Notes: a model not told the origin generated them from the sequence alone. A DNA stretch of 64,000 nt from an uncultured Gammaproteobacteria bacterium (GCA_963764725.1 CAVXTM010000005.1:32001-96000), one strand, 5' to 3'; positions 51,473-62,789 are shown, numbered from the stretch's first letter. A program made the numbers and translations.

Positions 51473-53950
51473 TCACTGCCCCAACTTGACCCACTGCAAT
51501 CGCAATGCATTGGCGATCACCGATACCGAGCTGAGGCTCATCGCCGCCGCCGCGATCATCGGCGAGAGCAGCAGCCCAAACGTGGGATAGAGCACGCCCG
51601 CCGCGATCGGCACGCCGAGCGCGTTGTACACAAATGCGAAGAATAGATTCTGGCGGATATTGCGCATCGTGGCTCGGCTTAAACGCAGCGCGCGCACGAT
51701 GCCGCGCAGATCGCCCTTAACTAAGGTCACGCCGGCGCTTTCCATTGCCACGTCCGTTCCGGTTCCCATGGCGATCCCGACATGCGCCTGGGCGAGGGCT
51801 GGTGCGTCGTTGATGCCGTCGCCCGCCATGGCGACCTTGTGGCCTTGATCCTGGAGTTTCTTGATTACCGTGAGCTTCTGATCCGGCAGCACCTCGGCCT
51901 CGACGCGATCGATTCCAAGTTTCCCGGCCACGACGCGGGCCGTCGTCTCGTGATCACCCGTGAGCATCACTACACTCAGTCCTTGCTTATGCAAGGCGGC
52001 AATGGCCTCGGGCGTCGTCTCCTTGATCGGATCGGCTACACCGAACAATCCGGCTGGCTTTCGGTCCAGGGCCACGAACATCACGGTCTGCCCGTCGCCC
52101 CTCAGGGCCTGGGCGCGATCTTCAAGCGCGGCGGGATCGATGCCTAGGCTCTCGAACAACTCGCGATTTCCGACCGCCACCTGCCGTCCGGCTACTGTTC
52201 CTATCACGCCCTGACCGGTCTTAGATTCGAAGTCCGAAGCGGAGGGTATCGACAGGCCGCGTTCCTCGGCCCCGCGCACGATCGCCGCAGCCAGCGGATG
52301 CTCGCTCGCCCGCTCGAGGCCCGTCGCCAAGCGCAAGACCTCGTCCTCGGAATGCCCGGCTAGCGCGTACACCGAAACGAGCTTTGGCCGCCCTTCGGTC
52401 AAAGTGCCGGTCTTGTCGACGACCAGGGTATCGATGCCCTCGAGGACCTCCAAGGCTTCCGCGTTCTTGATGAGCACACCCGCCGTCGCCCCACGGCCGG
52501 TCCCTACCATGATCGACATCGGCGTCGCCAAACCGAGAGCGCAAGGGCAGGCGATGATAAGGACGGCGACCGCATTGACAATCGCATGGGCAAGCCGCGG
52601 CTCGGGGCCTATGGCTCCCCAGGCCACGAAGGTCAGCACCGAGACCAGCACGACTACCGGAACGAAATACCCCGACACGGCATCGGCCAGGCGCTGGATC
52701 GGTGCGCGACTGCGTTGCGCCTCGCTCACCATGCGTACGATCTGGGCCAAGAGCGTATCGCTGCCCACCCGTTCGGCCCGCATCACGAGGCTTCCTGTGC
52801 CATTCACGGTCGCCCCGATCAAGCGATCGCCGACAGTCTTCTGCACCGGAACCGGCTCGCCGGTAACCATGGACTCGTCAATCGCGCTTGTCCCCTCCAG
52901 TACCACGCCATCGACCGGCACTTTCTCGCCCGGCCGTATGCGAAGACGGTCGCCGATCTTGACGCGTTCCAGGGAGATGTCCTCCTCGGCGCCGTCCTCC
53001 CGGAGTAAGCGTGCGGTTTTCGGCGCGAGCGAGATCAACCCGCGAATAGCTGCACCGGTACGGCTGCGTGCCTTGAGTTCGATCACTTGACCGAGCAACA
53101 CCAGGACCGTGATCACGGCGGCCGCTTCAAAATAGACCGGCACGTTGCCGTGAGCATCGCGTAACGAAGCCGGGAAGAGGCCGGGACTAAGCGTGGCCAC
53201 GGTGCTGTAGATCCAAGCAACGCCGACGCCCAGCGCAATCAGCGTAAACATGTTAAGACGCCGGTGAACTAGCGATTGCCATCCGCGTTGAAAGAATGGC
53301 CATCCTGCCCACATCACGACGGGCGTCGCTAACGCCAGCTCCAGCCACTGAATCCAACGCATCAGCGACGCGTCCGGGACGCCAGCCACATCACTGAGCA
53401 TGGCGATCACGAAGACCGGCACGGCCAAGACGAGGCCTACTCGGAAGCGCCGAGTCATGTCCGCGAGCTCGGGATTGTCCTCTTCGATGACGACAGCGCG
53501 TGGTTCCAAAGCCATGCCGCAGATGGGACAGGTCCCCGGCTCGCTGCGCAGCACCTCGGGATGCATCGGGCAGGTATATTCCGTGCGCGTCTCGATTCCG
53601 GACACGCTCATCGGCTCGAGGGCCATCCCGCAGTCGGGACAGCTTCCCGGCCCCGGTTGCTGAATCTCGGGATGCATAGGGCAGGTGTAAGCGCTTGGCG
53701 CGGTGATGGGTTGCGCCGGTCTCGGGGGCAGCGTTTCGGACGTTCCGGACGCAGCTTGCAGATAGCGCTCGGGGGCCGCCTGAAATGCAGCTAAGCACCC
53801 GCCAGAACAGAAAAGATAGGTTTTGCCTTGGTAGCTCAGCCGATGTTGACCGTCCGGGCGCACCGTCATCCCGCAGACGGGATCGGTGGTCATCGGCGTA
53901 GCATCCGCGGCGTGCGTGGAGCGTGGGTGTTGGGAGTCGACATGGCTCAT
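51473..53950 (-). CDS. copA: Cu(I)/Ag(I) P1B-type ATPase with YHS and heavy-metal-binding domains
   Basis: DPVCGM..FCS..C, YTCPMHP x2, TGE, CPC, DKTGT, HP, GDGIND, YN, MSLSS. Confidence 0.95.
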   Translation of the reverse strand: MSHVDSQHPRSTHAADATPMTTDPVCGMTVRPDGQHRLSYQGKTYLFCSGGCLAAFQAAPERYLQAASGTSETLPPRPAQPITAPSAYTCPMHPEIQQPGPGSCPDCGMALEPMSVSGIETRTEYTCPMHPEVLRSEPGTCPICGMALEPRAVVIEEDNPELADMTRRFRVGLVLAVPVFVIAMLSDVAGVPDASLMRWIQWLELALATPVVMWAGWPFFQRGWQSLVHRRLNMFTLIALGVGVAWIYSTVATLSPGLFPASLRDAHGNVPVYFEAAAVITVLVLLGQVIELKARSRTGAAIRGLISLAPKTARLLREDGAEEDISLERVKIGDRLRIRPGEKVPVDGVVLEGTSAIDESMVTGEPVPVQKTVGDRLIGATVNGTGSLVMRAERVGSDTLLAQIVRMVSEAQRSRAPIQRLADAVSGYFVPVVVLVSVLTFVAWGAIGPEPRLAHAIVNAVAVLIIACPCALGLATPMSIMVGTGRGATAGVLIKNAEALEVLEGIDTLVVDKTGTLTEGRPKLVSVYALAGHSEDEVLRLATGLERASEHPLAAAIVRGAEERGLSIPSASDFESKTGQGVIGTVAGRQVAVGNRELFESLGIDPAALEDRAQALRGDGQTVMFVALDRKPAGLFGVADPIKETTPEAIAALHKQGLSVVMLTGDHETTARVVAGKLGIDRVEAEVLPDQKLTVIKKLQDQGHKVAMAGDGINDAPALAQAHVGIAMGTGTDVAMESAGVTLVKGDLRGIVRALRLSRATMRNIRQNLFFAFVYNALGVPIAAGVLYPTFGLLLSPMIAAAAMSLSSVSVIANALRLQWVKLGQ

Positions 53951-54205
53951 GAGTTTGGCGGAGGGAATTTGCCTATGCGATTAGTATATACTTTTCCAAT
54001 GCTCCTCCCGTTCTCCGTACGTGCGGTCAGCAGCAGGAAGGTTAATCTCGGTTGACGCGGTACGGCTCCCGCCGTGGATAGGTTTCCTACCGGTTCCCCT
54101 CGATTAATTCATAATGGCCTAAGAGACCATGAAGTTTTGGACCGAGGCCACTTCACTTGCGAAGCTCCGCCTCATAGCGGTGTAGAGAATAGTGTTATCT
54201 CCCGG

Positions 54206-55234
54206 TCAAAATTTCCGCAACCGGCTCTCTCGCTCTGTCCAAGTAGACCAGAGATGCTGCTGCGCTCTTTCCGATGCGTGCTGGCCGTCGACAAATCCTT
54301 TGTCTTCCAAGTGGAACCGGGCAGGGTCCGTAAAGTCCTCGAAAGCAAAACCGTACCGTTTAAAGAGAGGCCTCAAGCGGTCGGCTGATTCGAAAACGAA
54401 AGCGTATTCTGCTTTCTCCTTTTCTAACGCATGGTAAACCGCGGGCGAAAAAGGCGGCAAGAACCCAGCCACGTAAATACCCCGCCGCTGGCATTGGGAG
54501 AGAAAGGAGTCCAACTCTGCGAACGCCTTTTCAGACAGAGCGTTCCCGCGGACATAGACGTTCGTGTTTTGAGCGATGTGTTGCAGATCATCTTCGTGAG
54601 CTTCTACCCATTCCCATTGATGACTGCCGTCGTTCCGAAAGCCGTAGTTGCGGGCTATCGCGCCCAGGCCTACCCGTTCCAGGCCCTCCGGGTGAGACCT
54701 AGTAAGATCGGAAATTTGGAACTTACGAATCAACCAGTCCAGATATACATTATCCCAAGCGTGAAATAGTCTCCAGAACGGCGTCGTCGGGAGCTCTGTC
54801 TCCCGAAAAATATCAATCTTCGGAACATCCCAGTTCGGATTAAAAAATTTCTGGTCCAGTCCCACAATAAGGAGCTGCGGTTCTTCTTCGGTCGCCAATC
54901 GACCGATAAACTTCTGAAAATCCTCAAGCACCCGTGCGCCCCCACCGGCATTGAAAAAACTACCCTGAAAAAAGTCAGAGCGAAACGGCATGACACGCGA
55001 GGTTCCTAGCGCCACGACCTCGGGTCTCGCAGTCTGGACAGCCTTGAGCTTTATAGACGCTGTGGTGTCGCTATACGCGAGCCCTACGAGCACCGGCTGT
55101 GGAAGCAGAAACCGATTTACAACGCCTTCGATCGATATAAACTCACCGGATATCTCAAGCACCCAGGCCGGGAACGCGAGAGGGACCGCTAGGAGCAAGA
55201 GAAAAAGGGAGAGTTTCAGGATCAATTGGCGCAC
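54206..55234 (-). CDS. Membrane-anchored SGNH/DltD-like acyltransferase
   Basis: N-terminal TM, LGTSR, FFNAG, DGQH (DxxH); downstream of MBOAT. Confidence 0.65.
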   Translation of the reverse strand: MRQLILKLSLFLLLLAVPLAFPAWVLEISGEFISIEGVVNRFLLPQPVLVGLAYSDTTASIKLKAVQTARPEVVALGTSRVMPFRSDFFQGSFFNAGGGARVLEDFQKFIGRLATEEEPQLLIVGLDQKFFNPNWDVPKIDIFRETELPTTPFWRLFHAWDNVYLDWLIRKFQISDLTRSHPEGLERVGLGAIARNYGFRNDGSHQWEWVEAHEDDLQHIAQNTNVYVRGNALSEKAFAELDSFLSQCQRRGIYVAGFLPPFSPAVYHALEKEKAEYAFVFESADRLRPLFKRYGFAFEDFTDPARFHLEDKGFVDGQHASERAQQHLWSTWTERESRLRKF

Positions 55235-55243
55235 AATTGGTTC

Positions 55244-56680
55244 TCAAAATCTGAAATAGATGAATTCTTGATATCCCTGTGTGTACTTATAAAGGGTCAT
55301 TATCGTAACCGCGTAATACACGGCCCAACGAAGCACCACCGGCTTCGAAAGAAACAATCTCACTAAACGGCCTTTGGCCTGCATCCAGTGCCCTACTTCC
55401 ATCAGTATGATTGACAATAGCGCCCAGGCCGGCCGGTCACCCGTAAAGAACACCAACACCCAAGGTTTTGCGAAATCGAATGCCACTATTGCCCCTAGAA
55501 CGTCCCCCGCATTGCCCAAGGAATCGGCGCGGAATAGAATCTCGGAGATCGTCCATAGCTGGAACGTAATCAATGGTGCCCAAAGCCGACGCCATCCTGC
55601 CAACCGCGGCCACCGGTCGAAAAACGCGTTTCGTTGCGGCAGCGTAAACACCGAAACACACATATAAAACGCGTGCAGAAGGCCAAATGCTAAAAATGGC
55701 AAAGTCGCACCATGCCATATTCCGATGGCGATGAAATTGATCGTGATCGCAGCAGCGAGCCCCCAAGCTCCCCACGCACGGAAAGCCATGCGCAGCGGCA
55801 TGAACACATAATCCGCCAACCATCGCGTCAACGTCATGTGCCAGCGTCGCCAAAAAACCTGCAGGTTCGGAGAATAAAACGGCATGTCGAAATTCCGCGG
55901 TGACTCTATTCCATAAAGTCGCCCGATACCGATAGCAATGTCCGTAAAGCCGGAAAAATCGGCGTAAAGCTGTATCACGAACGCGTAAGAAGCCAGGAGT
56001 ACACACGCCGAGTTGTAGTTCAGCGGCGCCGCGAAGACTTCGTTCACGAGTATGGCTAGCGAATCCGCGACGACAACCTTCTTGAAATAACCGAAGAGCA
56101 TCAGGCGCAGGCCGCGCACGATGCGCTTCGGATCAGTCGCGATAGGACATTTGACTTGCGGCAGGAATTCACCTGGCCGCTGGATAGGCCCACTCAGGAT
56201 CTGGGGAAAAAACGCCACATAGAGACCGAACGCCGTGAAATCATTCTCGGCCGGGATCTCGTCCCAATATATATCCACTACGTAACTGACCAGTTTAAAG
56301 GTGTAGTAGGAAATACCGAGAGGGACCAGAATCCGATCGAAACTGTCTGCCAGGCCGCCCGCAAATCCGGACACGCGCGCAAGCTCTCCTAAAACACCGG
56401 CGTACTTAAAGAGAGCCAGCGAACCTAGCAGCAGCCCGAGCGAATAAAGGAGCGCCTTCCTTTTGTCGCGGCCGGATCTGGCGCGCTGGATCGCGATGCC
56501 AGCAACATACGCCACGGCGGTCGCCGTGACGAGCAGCAACAGATAGGGAATGTTCCACAACCCATAAAATGTATAGCTGAATGCTAGGAGCGCGGTCTTA
56601 CGGTGCTCCGGAGGCAGGGCATAGTAAACAATCAGTGAGGAAAGAAGAAATATTGGAAAGATCGCTGAATTAAAAAGCAT
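55244..56680 (-). CDS. MBOAT family O-acyltransferase (AlgI/DltB-like)
   Basis: PLGISYYTF, FFPQ..SGPI, DFSG..DIA.G, FWRRWH.TL, GIWHG, C-terminal FIYFRF. Confidence 0.95.
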   Translation of the reverse strand: MLFNSAIFPIFLLSSLIVYYALPPEHRKTALLAFSYTFYGLWNIPYLLLLVTATAVAYVAGIAIQRARSGRDKRKALLYSLGLLLGSLALFKYAGVLGELARVSGFAGGLADSFDRILVPLGISYYTFKLVSYVVDIYWDEIPAENDFTAFGLYVAFFPQILSGPIQRPGEFLPQVKCPIATDPKRIVRGLRLMLFGYFKKVVVADSLAILVNEVFAAPLNYNSACVLLASYAFVIQLYADFSGFTDIAIGIGRLYGIESPRNFDMPFYSPNLQVFWRRWHMTLTRWLADYVFMPLRMAFRAWGAWGLAAAITINFIAIGIWHGATLPFLAFGLLHAFYMCVSVFTLPQRNAFFDRWPRLAGWRRLWAPLITFQLWTISEILFRADSLGNAGDVLGAIVAFDFAKPWVLVFFTGDRPAWALLSIILMEVGHWMQAKGRLVRLFLSKPVVLRWAVYYAVTIMTLYKYTQGYQEFIYFRF

Positions 56681-56681
56681 A

Positions 56682-56924
56682 TCAGCTCGTTTTTTGCTCT
56701 ATCAGTGCGATCAGCTCTCCGACATTTTTGAGGCCCTGTACTTCTCGGGTCGAGAATGAGATGCCAAACTTCTTTTCCGTGGCGAAGATCATGGTCACGT
56801 GATTCAATGAGTCCCAATTGTTAACATCCGCGGCGGTCGTTTCTTCGCGAATTTCAAGCGTCGGCTGGCCGAACACTTCGCGAAATACCTCAGTGAGTGC
56901 AACCATTATTTCGGATCTTTGCAT
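56682..56924 (-). CDS. Acyl carrier protein
   Basis: 80 aa, acidic, WDSLNH phosphopantetheine site. Confidence 0.92.
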   Translation of the reverse strand: MQRSEIMVALTEVFREVFGQPTLEIREETTAADVNNWDSLNHVTMIFATEKKFGISFSTREVQGLKNVGELIALIEQKTS

Positions 56925-58702
56925 CCGGCAATCTCCTCCTGTTCAGTTTCGATGAAGTGAATCCGCGGCTCATACGCGTTTGTTTCAAGGGCCCAATCGG
57001 TTGCCCCTTTAGCATTCTCTTGCACTTTTTGGAAGCCGAAGCGACCAAAAAACTCTTTGACCATCTGATTCTTCGACGTGGGTTGGTAAGAGGCTTTAAC
57101 GAGACTGATCCCCTGTCCTCTTGCGAACTCGAAAAGATAATTCATCGCATACTGCTCCACCCCGCGGGCCAGTACACGGCAACTCATGACCCACTCCTCG
57201 ATCCGCATCGTGCCGGCATCGATGCGGCCGATGACGACCGAGATCAGTCCGTTGTCGCCATACTTGTCGCGCAGTTTAAGATAAATCGGCAGCCAACCTT
57301 GCCGGTCCTGCATGAAGGTCTCACACTGCGCCTCGCTGAAGCGTCGAGTCAGCAAATTGAACTGATTACTACGCTGCAAGAGCTGTGCGATACGCGGCAG
57401 GTTGAAAGGATCGAACCGTTTGAGCGTTATCTTCATGTCGAGTGACTTCAGATAATCTTCCGGATTTGAGAAATGCTTCTCGGCGATCTTGCGCTGCGCT
57501 TCTAGCCGATAAAGCTCCGCGCGTTCAGCGTCGATCTCAGAGTACGAAGTGGTCTCGAAGAGATTAATCTCGGCCAGACAGCGCAGGAACAGCGCGGGAT
57601 CCTCTGGCATCTCTGGGACGATCAACTCCGGCAATTCTTCTCGCACAAGATTGCGCTCGAACGGGCTATCATCGATAAAAACCATTGAACTGAAGGAAAT
57701 ATTAAGCGTTTCGCGGATTGCCTTGATGTTTTCGACTTTACTTACCCAGTTGGCAATGAAAACAGTAATATCGTTCTCTTTTAAGACCATCTCCGGGTGG
57801 TTGCGGAAAGGAAGAAGCGCATTTTCTGGATCGTTCTTGCTGCACACGGCAAGCAGGATGCCTCTTTTTTTGAGGTCTAGCAGATAATGCTGAAACCACT
57901 GAAAGGCCTCGCCATCTCCAAAGTGTCCGAGCCGGATCCCCTCAAGGCCGTCATCTCCGATAATGCCGCCCCACAGCGTGTCGTCGAGATCGAGAACGAC
58001 ACATTTTACTCCCGCCCCTTGCAATGAAAGGAGAATATCGACGGTGTTTTGTACAGCGTGTGGGAGAAATTCAAATGCGCAAAATGCCTTGCAGAGAATC
58101 CACATCTTTTCATCTAGCCAATGCCGGCGTCCGTGATATGAAGCGATACTGTCCACATCGTTGATGAAGACATTATTGAATGAACGCGCAGTTTCGACGA
58201 GCGCTCTGTTGATAGACGCGATGGCACAGAAGAAAGAGTTACCAACCTTTTCCTCATAGTTTCCGAAAAGCCTTTCATACGGCAGCACAAAATTGCTTTG
58301 CACAACCGCTGCATTGGAGCGCTCTTTGAGGGTGGTCCATAGAGATCTGAGGTTGGCGATCTGATCCTCAGCAAAGAGTATTTTGTCTCCAGGGAACAGA
58401 CGGTATCTGTCCCGAAGTGCAAAAACGGAATTTAAGATAACGATGGTGTCCGGGTCGAACGCATACAGTCCAGATGCGGGGTTGAAGATCTCAAGCTCTA
58501 CGGTGCCGTATTCTGCCTCGTAGATTTCAGCCCGGATCCCGTTCTTGGAAAGCAGTGTCTTAAAAAGCGGGGTGAGGTATTGTGGTGCAGAATCTGAAAG
58601 GACAGCCAGACGCATGCTCGTCCGGCAAGCTGAAAAATCGAGCGACTTGGATTCACTGTTCAGCTTGAGATAGTTCAACTCCGATATAGCGTAACGCAGC
58701 AT
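56906..58702 (-). CDS. FkbH-like HAD-IIIC glyceryl transferase/phosphatase
   Basis: VLDLDDTLWGG, CSKN, FIDDSPFER, QRSNQFN, DKYGDNG, WVMSCRV. Confidence 0.95.
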   Translation of the reverse strand: MLRYAISELNYLKLNSESKSLDFSACRTSMRLAVLSDSAPQYLTPLFKTLLSKNGIRAEIYEAEYGTVELEIFNPASGLYAFDPDTIVILNSVFALRDRYRLFPGDKILFAEDQIANLRSLWTTLKERSNAAVVQSNFVLPYERLFGNYEEKVGNSFFCAIASINRALVETARSFNNVFINDVDSIASYHGRRHWLDEKMWILCKAFCAFEFLPHAVQNTVDILLSLQGAGVKCVVLDLDDTLWGGIIGDDGLEGIRLGHFGDGEAFQWFQHYLLDLKKRGILLAVCSKNDPENALLPFRNHPEMVLKENDITVFIANWVSKVENIKAIRETLNISFSSMVFIDDSPFERNLVREELPELIVPEMPEDPALFLRCLAEINLFETTSYSEIDAERAELYRLEAQRKIAEKHFSNPEDYLKSLDMKITLKRFDPFNLPRIAQLLQRSNQFNLLTRRFSEAQCETFMQDRQGWLPIYLKLRDKYGDNGLISVVIGRIDAGTMRIEEWVMSCRVLARGVEQYAMNYLFEFARGQGISLVKASYQPTSKNQMVKEFFGRFGFQKVQENAKGATDWALETNAYEPRIHFIETEQEEIAGCKDPK

Positions 58703-58967
58703 ATAACTCCCGGACGATTAGACCTGTTGCTCTCTGTGTCAGCATGACGAGAGAAACAAGCAGCGCCCGACCATGGACTTTCTCTGGCAGCGCAGCCCGC
58801 TTGAATTGGACATATGAAGACCTCCCCGCAAAAACATCATGTTGGACAACCGTCGCAGTTAGCGCCAGCCCGAGTCAATTGTTATAGTGTCAATCGAAAT
58901 ACCGAATCAGAAGAGCGATAAGCATTTCTTGACAAACGTCTGGCGGCACTATACACCATAACTTGTC

Positions 58968-59513
58968 ATGATTGAACAGAATTTAGGTGCATTGGTTCGG
59001 CAGCTTCGCGAAAGCCGCAGGTTGTCGTTAAGGGGTCTAGCTGAGCAGACGGGATTCTCAGCCTCATTTCTTTCTCAAGTAGAGAATGGACAGGCCTCGC
59101 CGTCCATATCCTCCATGGAACGTATCGCGCACTCGCTTGGTGTCAGCATGGGCGAGTTCTTTCGGGCCACTGAAGTGAGTCACTCGCCGGTAGTCCGTGC
59201 CGGTGAGCGAACCGGCCTGACCAGCGAGTGGTCGCAAGCCGAAATCGAAGCACTGGGTCAAAGTCAACCGGGGCGACAGCTTGAAGGCGTTATTGTCACG
59301 ATCCGGCCGGGCGGTACCAGCGGCAAACGGCCGCATGCTCACTTGCACGATCAGATCGCGGTGATCTTACAGGGAGAACTGGAGCTGACACTGGGGGACG
59401 AAGAGCACACCCTGTCGTCTGGCGATTCGGCTACCGTTCGGGCGGGGACGCCGCGCCGGTGGCGCAACGTGTCTGCCGATCCCGCCCAAGTCCTGATTGT
59501 GTCGGCGTGTTGA
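58968..59513 (+). CDS. XRE family regulator with cupin domain
   Basis: LSLRGLAEQTG.S.SFLSQVENG..SPS; H.H..ILQGEL..GDS. Confidence 0.92.
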   Translation: MIEQNLGALVRQLRESRRLSLRGLAEQTGFSASFLSQVENGQASPSISSMERIAHSLGVSMGEFFRATEVSHSPVVRAGERTGLTSEWSQAEIEALGQSQPGRQLEGVIVTIRPGGTSGKRPHAHLHDQIAVILQGELELTLGDEEHTLSSGDSATVRAGTPRRWRNVSADPAQVLIVSAC

Positions 59514-59679
59514 AGCCCTGCCTCTCGTCTCTGAGCGGTTTTTCTGCAAAGTCACCAATTGAATCGGAGCGTTATACGGCGCCCCTCGTGATGCCGCCGT
59601 CCGCCGCGGTCGGGAGCACGTTTTTGAAGTGGTCTTAGTTTGGCCTACTGTAGCCATCGGCAATTCCGGCAGCGACACC

Positions 59680-60366
59680 ATGTGCCCCAAGATCCTCGCG
59701 ATCGACACCTCGACCGAAGCTTGTTCCGCGGCGCTTCTCCTGGGCGATGAGGTGCGGGAGCGCTTTGAGATCGCGCCCCGGCGCCACAGCGAGCTGATCT
59801 TGCGTATGATCGACGAGCTGTTTCGCGAGGCCGGATTGACCTTGACCTCGCTCGCGGGGCTCGCTTTCGGCCGGGGACCGGGCTCTTTTACCGGGGTTCG
59901 CATCGCCGCCGGTGTGATTCAAGGACTGGCCCTGGGCGCCGATCTGGGCGTCGCGCCGATCTCCACCTTGGCGGCTCTTGCGCAAGGCGCACATAGACGA
60001 ACGGGATCGCGTCAAGTGCTGAGCGTTATGGATGCTCGTATGGGCGAAGTTTATTGGGGGATCTATGAGCTCGACGCCTCGGGAATCATGTGCGCCACAC
60101 AGCCCGAATGCGTGGCTCACCCGGCGGCCGTCCCCCTTCCCGAAACGGGGGCCTGGTTTGGCGTAGGCAGCGGGTGGTCGGATCACGGTGAGGCGTTGCG
60201 GCAACGGCTCGGAGAACGGCTTCGCGGTGCGGACCCGCATCAGTATCCTTCCGCCCGTGACATCGGCCTGCTCGGCGCGCAGGCTTTTCGTCAGGGGGAC
60301 ATGGTGGCGGCTGAGCAGGCGTTGCCGGTCTATCTAAGAGATCGCGTCGCGGAGCCTCGGAATTAG
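59680..60366 (+). CDS. tsaB: tRNA threonylcarbamoyladenosine biosynthesis protein TsaB
   Basis: ILAIDTST, GRGPGSFTGVRI, DARMGEVY, PVYLR. Confidence 0.96.
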   Translation: MCPKILAIDTSTEACSAALLLGDEVRERFEIAPRRHSELILRMIDELFREAGLTLTSLAGLAFGRGPGSFTGVRIAAGVIQGLALGADLGVAPISTLAALAQGAHRRTGSRQVLSVMDARMGEVYWGIYELDASGIMCATQPECVAHPAAVPLPETGAWFGVGSGWSDHGEALRQRLGERLRGADPHQYPSARDIGLLGAQAFRQGDMVAAEQALPVYLRDRVAEPRN

Positions 60367-60387
60367 GGGACGGTCTGTCCCCTAATT
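60361..60387. repeat. Perfect 11-bp-stem hairpin between convergent tsaB and cpdA
   Basis: AATTAGGGGAC-GGTCT-GTCCCCTAATT. Confidence 0.7.
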
Positions 60388-60390
60388 ATG

Positions 60391-61194
60391 CTAGTGCTCC
60401 AAACGCTCGATACCCGTCTCCAGCCGTCCGTCGCCCCACAGCCGTAGCCAACGGTAGCCGGGGCTCCGCGTATCGCGCTGGTGACGATCGGTCCGTGGCG
60501 TAAACTGCACGCACGTGGAGGGGGTTCCAAGAAGCTGCACGCCCTCTCTCAGCGCCACGAACTCCTGGTGAATGTGGCCCCAGAGCACCGCGCGTACCTG
60601 CGTATGGCGGTCGAGTACCTCGAAGAAGGCGGGGGAATTATCCACCCCTATCTCGTCCATCCATAGGCTCCCGATCGCGACAGGATGATGGTGCATGAAC
60701 ACCAAGGCCGGGTGCCCAGCCTCGGCCGACAATCGCTCATCAAGACGGGTGAGTTGCTCGGCGCTCAAATGACCGTGTTCTCGGCCGGCCACGGCGGTGT
60801 CAAGAAAAGCGCAGCGCCACTCCCCGACCCGCGCGTGATCGACCGCGTGGATGTTGCCGCCCGCAAGCACTTGGCGCATCGCGTCCTTATCGTCGTGATT
60901 CCCGGGCAAGCAATACACCGGAACTCCCAAGCCCCCGATCCATTCACGCAGCCGGGCATAGGCGGCTCGGCTACCGTCTTGGCTCAGATCACCGGTCAGC
61001 ACCAGCGCATCGGGCGGCCACCGCTTTGCTTGCGCCAAGGTCAATACGGCGCGCAGCGATTCCGAAGTATTCAAGCCGTCGTAAAGGCCGCCTGGATCCG
61101 CATAGAGATGGGGGTCCGTCAGTTGCAAAACCGTCCAGGGATCGCGGTTCAAACGCGGACCGAAATTTTCCATGGCGCTAAGTTCTTTTGTCAT
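60391..61194 (-). CDS. cpdA: 3',5'-cyclic AMP phosphodiesterase
   Basis: TDPH, TGDLSQD, PGNHD, HHHP, WGHIHQ, TPSTCVQF. Confidence 0.92.
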   Translation of the reverse strand: MTKELSAMENFGPRLNRDPWTVLQLTDPHLYADPGGLYDGLNTSESLRAVLTLAQAKRWPPDALVLTGDLSQDGSRAAYARLREWIGGLGVPVYCLPGNHDDKDAMRQVLAGGNIHAVDHARVGEWRCAFLDTAVAGREHGHLSAEQLTRLDERLSAEAGHPALVFMHHHPVAIGSLWMDEIGVDNSPAFFEVLDRHTQVRAVLWGHIHQEFVALREGVQLLGTPSTCVQFTPRTDRHQRDTRSPGYRWLRLWGDGRLETGIERLEH

Positions 61195-61244
61195 GACGCT
61201 AGGTTAACGTATGATCATGTAGCGTGCATAACCGGGGCCGTGTC

Positions 61245-61907
61245 GTGACCAACAAGACCATCCGCTTGAGCGACGCGCTGTATGCCTATCTGCTCTCTGT
61301 CTCCTCGCGGGAATCCGAGGTGCTTGAGCGCTTACGCGTGGAGACAGCGTCATACCCGGAAGCCAACATGCAGATCGCCCCCGAGCAGGGGCAATTCATA
61401 ACGCTGTTGGTGCGTTTGCTTGGCGTTAAAAAAGCCATCGAGATCGGCGTCTTTACGGGTTACAGCTCACTTTGCGTCGCCCTCGGGTTACCATCTGATG
61501 GACAGCTCATTGCCTGTGACGTCAACGCGCAATGGACCTCCGTCGCCGCGCGCTACTGGCGCCAGGCGGGGGTCGCCGGCAAGATCGATCTACGTCTCGC
61601 ACCCGCTATTGAGACTCTGCAACAACTCCTGGCTGAGGGCGTTGCGGGCACCTTCGATTATGCCTTCATCGACGCAGATAAAGAATCCTACATCGATTAT
61701 TACGAGCTTAGCCTCCGGCTCCTGCGGCCCGGCGGGCTCATCCTCGTGGACAACGTTCTCTGGGGCGGCCGGGTGGCGGACCCAAGCGCGCAGGACCAAG
61801 CGACCGAGGCGATCCGCCGTTTTAACCTCCATCTCAAGGAGGATCCGCGCGTGGATTTGAGCATGATCCCGGTGGCCGACGGGCTCACGCTGGCGCGTAA
61901 GCGCTGA
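61245..61907 (+). CDS. Caffeoyl-CoA-type O-methyltransferase
   Basis: EIGVFTGYS, FIDADK, DNVLWGG, PVADGLTL. Confidence 0.93.
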   Translation: MTNKTIRLSDALYAYLLSVSSRESEVLERLRVETASYPEANMQIAPEQGQFITLLVRLLGVKKAIEIGVFTGYSSLCVALGLPSDGQLIACDVNAQWTSVAARYWRQAGVAGKIDLRLAPAIETLQQLLAEGVAGTFDYAFIDADKESYIDYYELSLRLLRPGGLILVDNVLWGGRVADPSAQDQATEAIRRFNLHLKEDPRVDLSMIPVADGLTLARKR

Positions 61908-61958
61908 AGGTGGTGTTCCGCGGCGTTCCCCGGGTTTCGGGAGAAAGGACGGTGGCAG

Positions 61959-62789
61959 ATGACTTTGATGAAACTATTCCCCACGCCTGTTGAAACGGTG
62001 CCGTTGGAACGGCTTTACTTAAACCACAATCTTCGGGCAGTCCGAGACCCTTCACGGCCGTTTGTCTATACCAACTTCGTCGCCAGCCTCGATGGCCGGA
62101 TCGCATTAGGGGGTTCTCGGACGGGCACCGCGGTGGTGCCGAACGAAATCGCCAATGCTCGCGACTGGCGTCTCTTCGAGGAACTGGCCGCCCAGGCGGA
62201 CGTGTTGCTCACAACCGGACGGTATGTGCGGCAGCTTGCCAGAGGCGATGCTCAGGCTAGCTTGCCTCTGAGCGAGGAAGCGGCGTATCAGGATCTACGC
62301 GATTGGCGGCAGGCCCAAGGCCTTGCGGCGCAACCGGCGGTTGTGATCTTGAGTGCAAGCCTCGATATTCCCCTCATGGAGCCCCTAATTGGCCGTCACG
62401 GCCGGGTCTATGTCGCGACAGGATCCGATGTCGATGCGGCCCGGGCACGTGCGATCGAGGCCCGGGGCGCCAGGGTGATAGTCGCCGGGCAAGGCAGGCG
62501 TGTGCGGGGTCAAGCCTTGATCGAGGCCCTGCGCGGGGAGGGTTTGACTCTAGTTTATTCGACGGCGGGACCCAAAGTGCTGGCAACCTTGCTGTCCGAC
62601 CGGGTACTCGATCGACTCTACCTGACGCAGGTGCACCGGGTCCTAGCGGGCGAGTCTTACGATACTCTAGTGGAAGGACAGCGGCTTTACCCGCCTGCGG
62701 ACGTCCAACTGCACTCCTTATACTACGACGCACCGCGTGGGACGATCCCGGGCCAGCTCTTCGCGTCCTATGCCGTTACGCCGTTGTGA
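61959..62789 (+). CDS. RibD C-terminal/dihydrofolate reductase family protein
   Basis: PFVYTNFVASLDGRI, G P motif, DRLYLT. Confidence 0.85.
   Translation: MTLMKLFPTPVETVPLERLYLNHNLRAVRDPSRPFVYTNFVASLDGRIALGGSRTGTAVVPNEIANARDWRLFEELAAQADVLLTTGRYVRQLARGDAQASLPLSEEAAYQDLRDWRQAQGLAAQPAVVILSASLDIPLMEPLIGRHGRVYVATGSDVDAARARAIEARGARVIVAGQGRRVRGQALIEALRGEGLTLVYSTAGPKVLATLLSDRVLDRLYLTQVHRVLAGESYDTLVEGQRLYPPADVQLHSLYYDAPRGTIPGQLFASYAVTPL

Noticed and set aside
58929-58968. Sigma70 promoter/operator (TTGACA; TGACAA..TTGTCA)
   Set aside because: No convincing -10 at 16-18 nt spacing; too weak to call.
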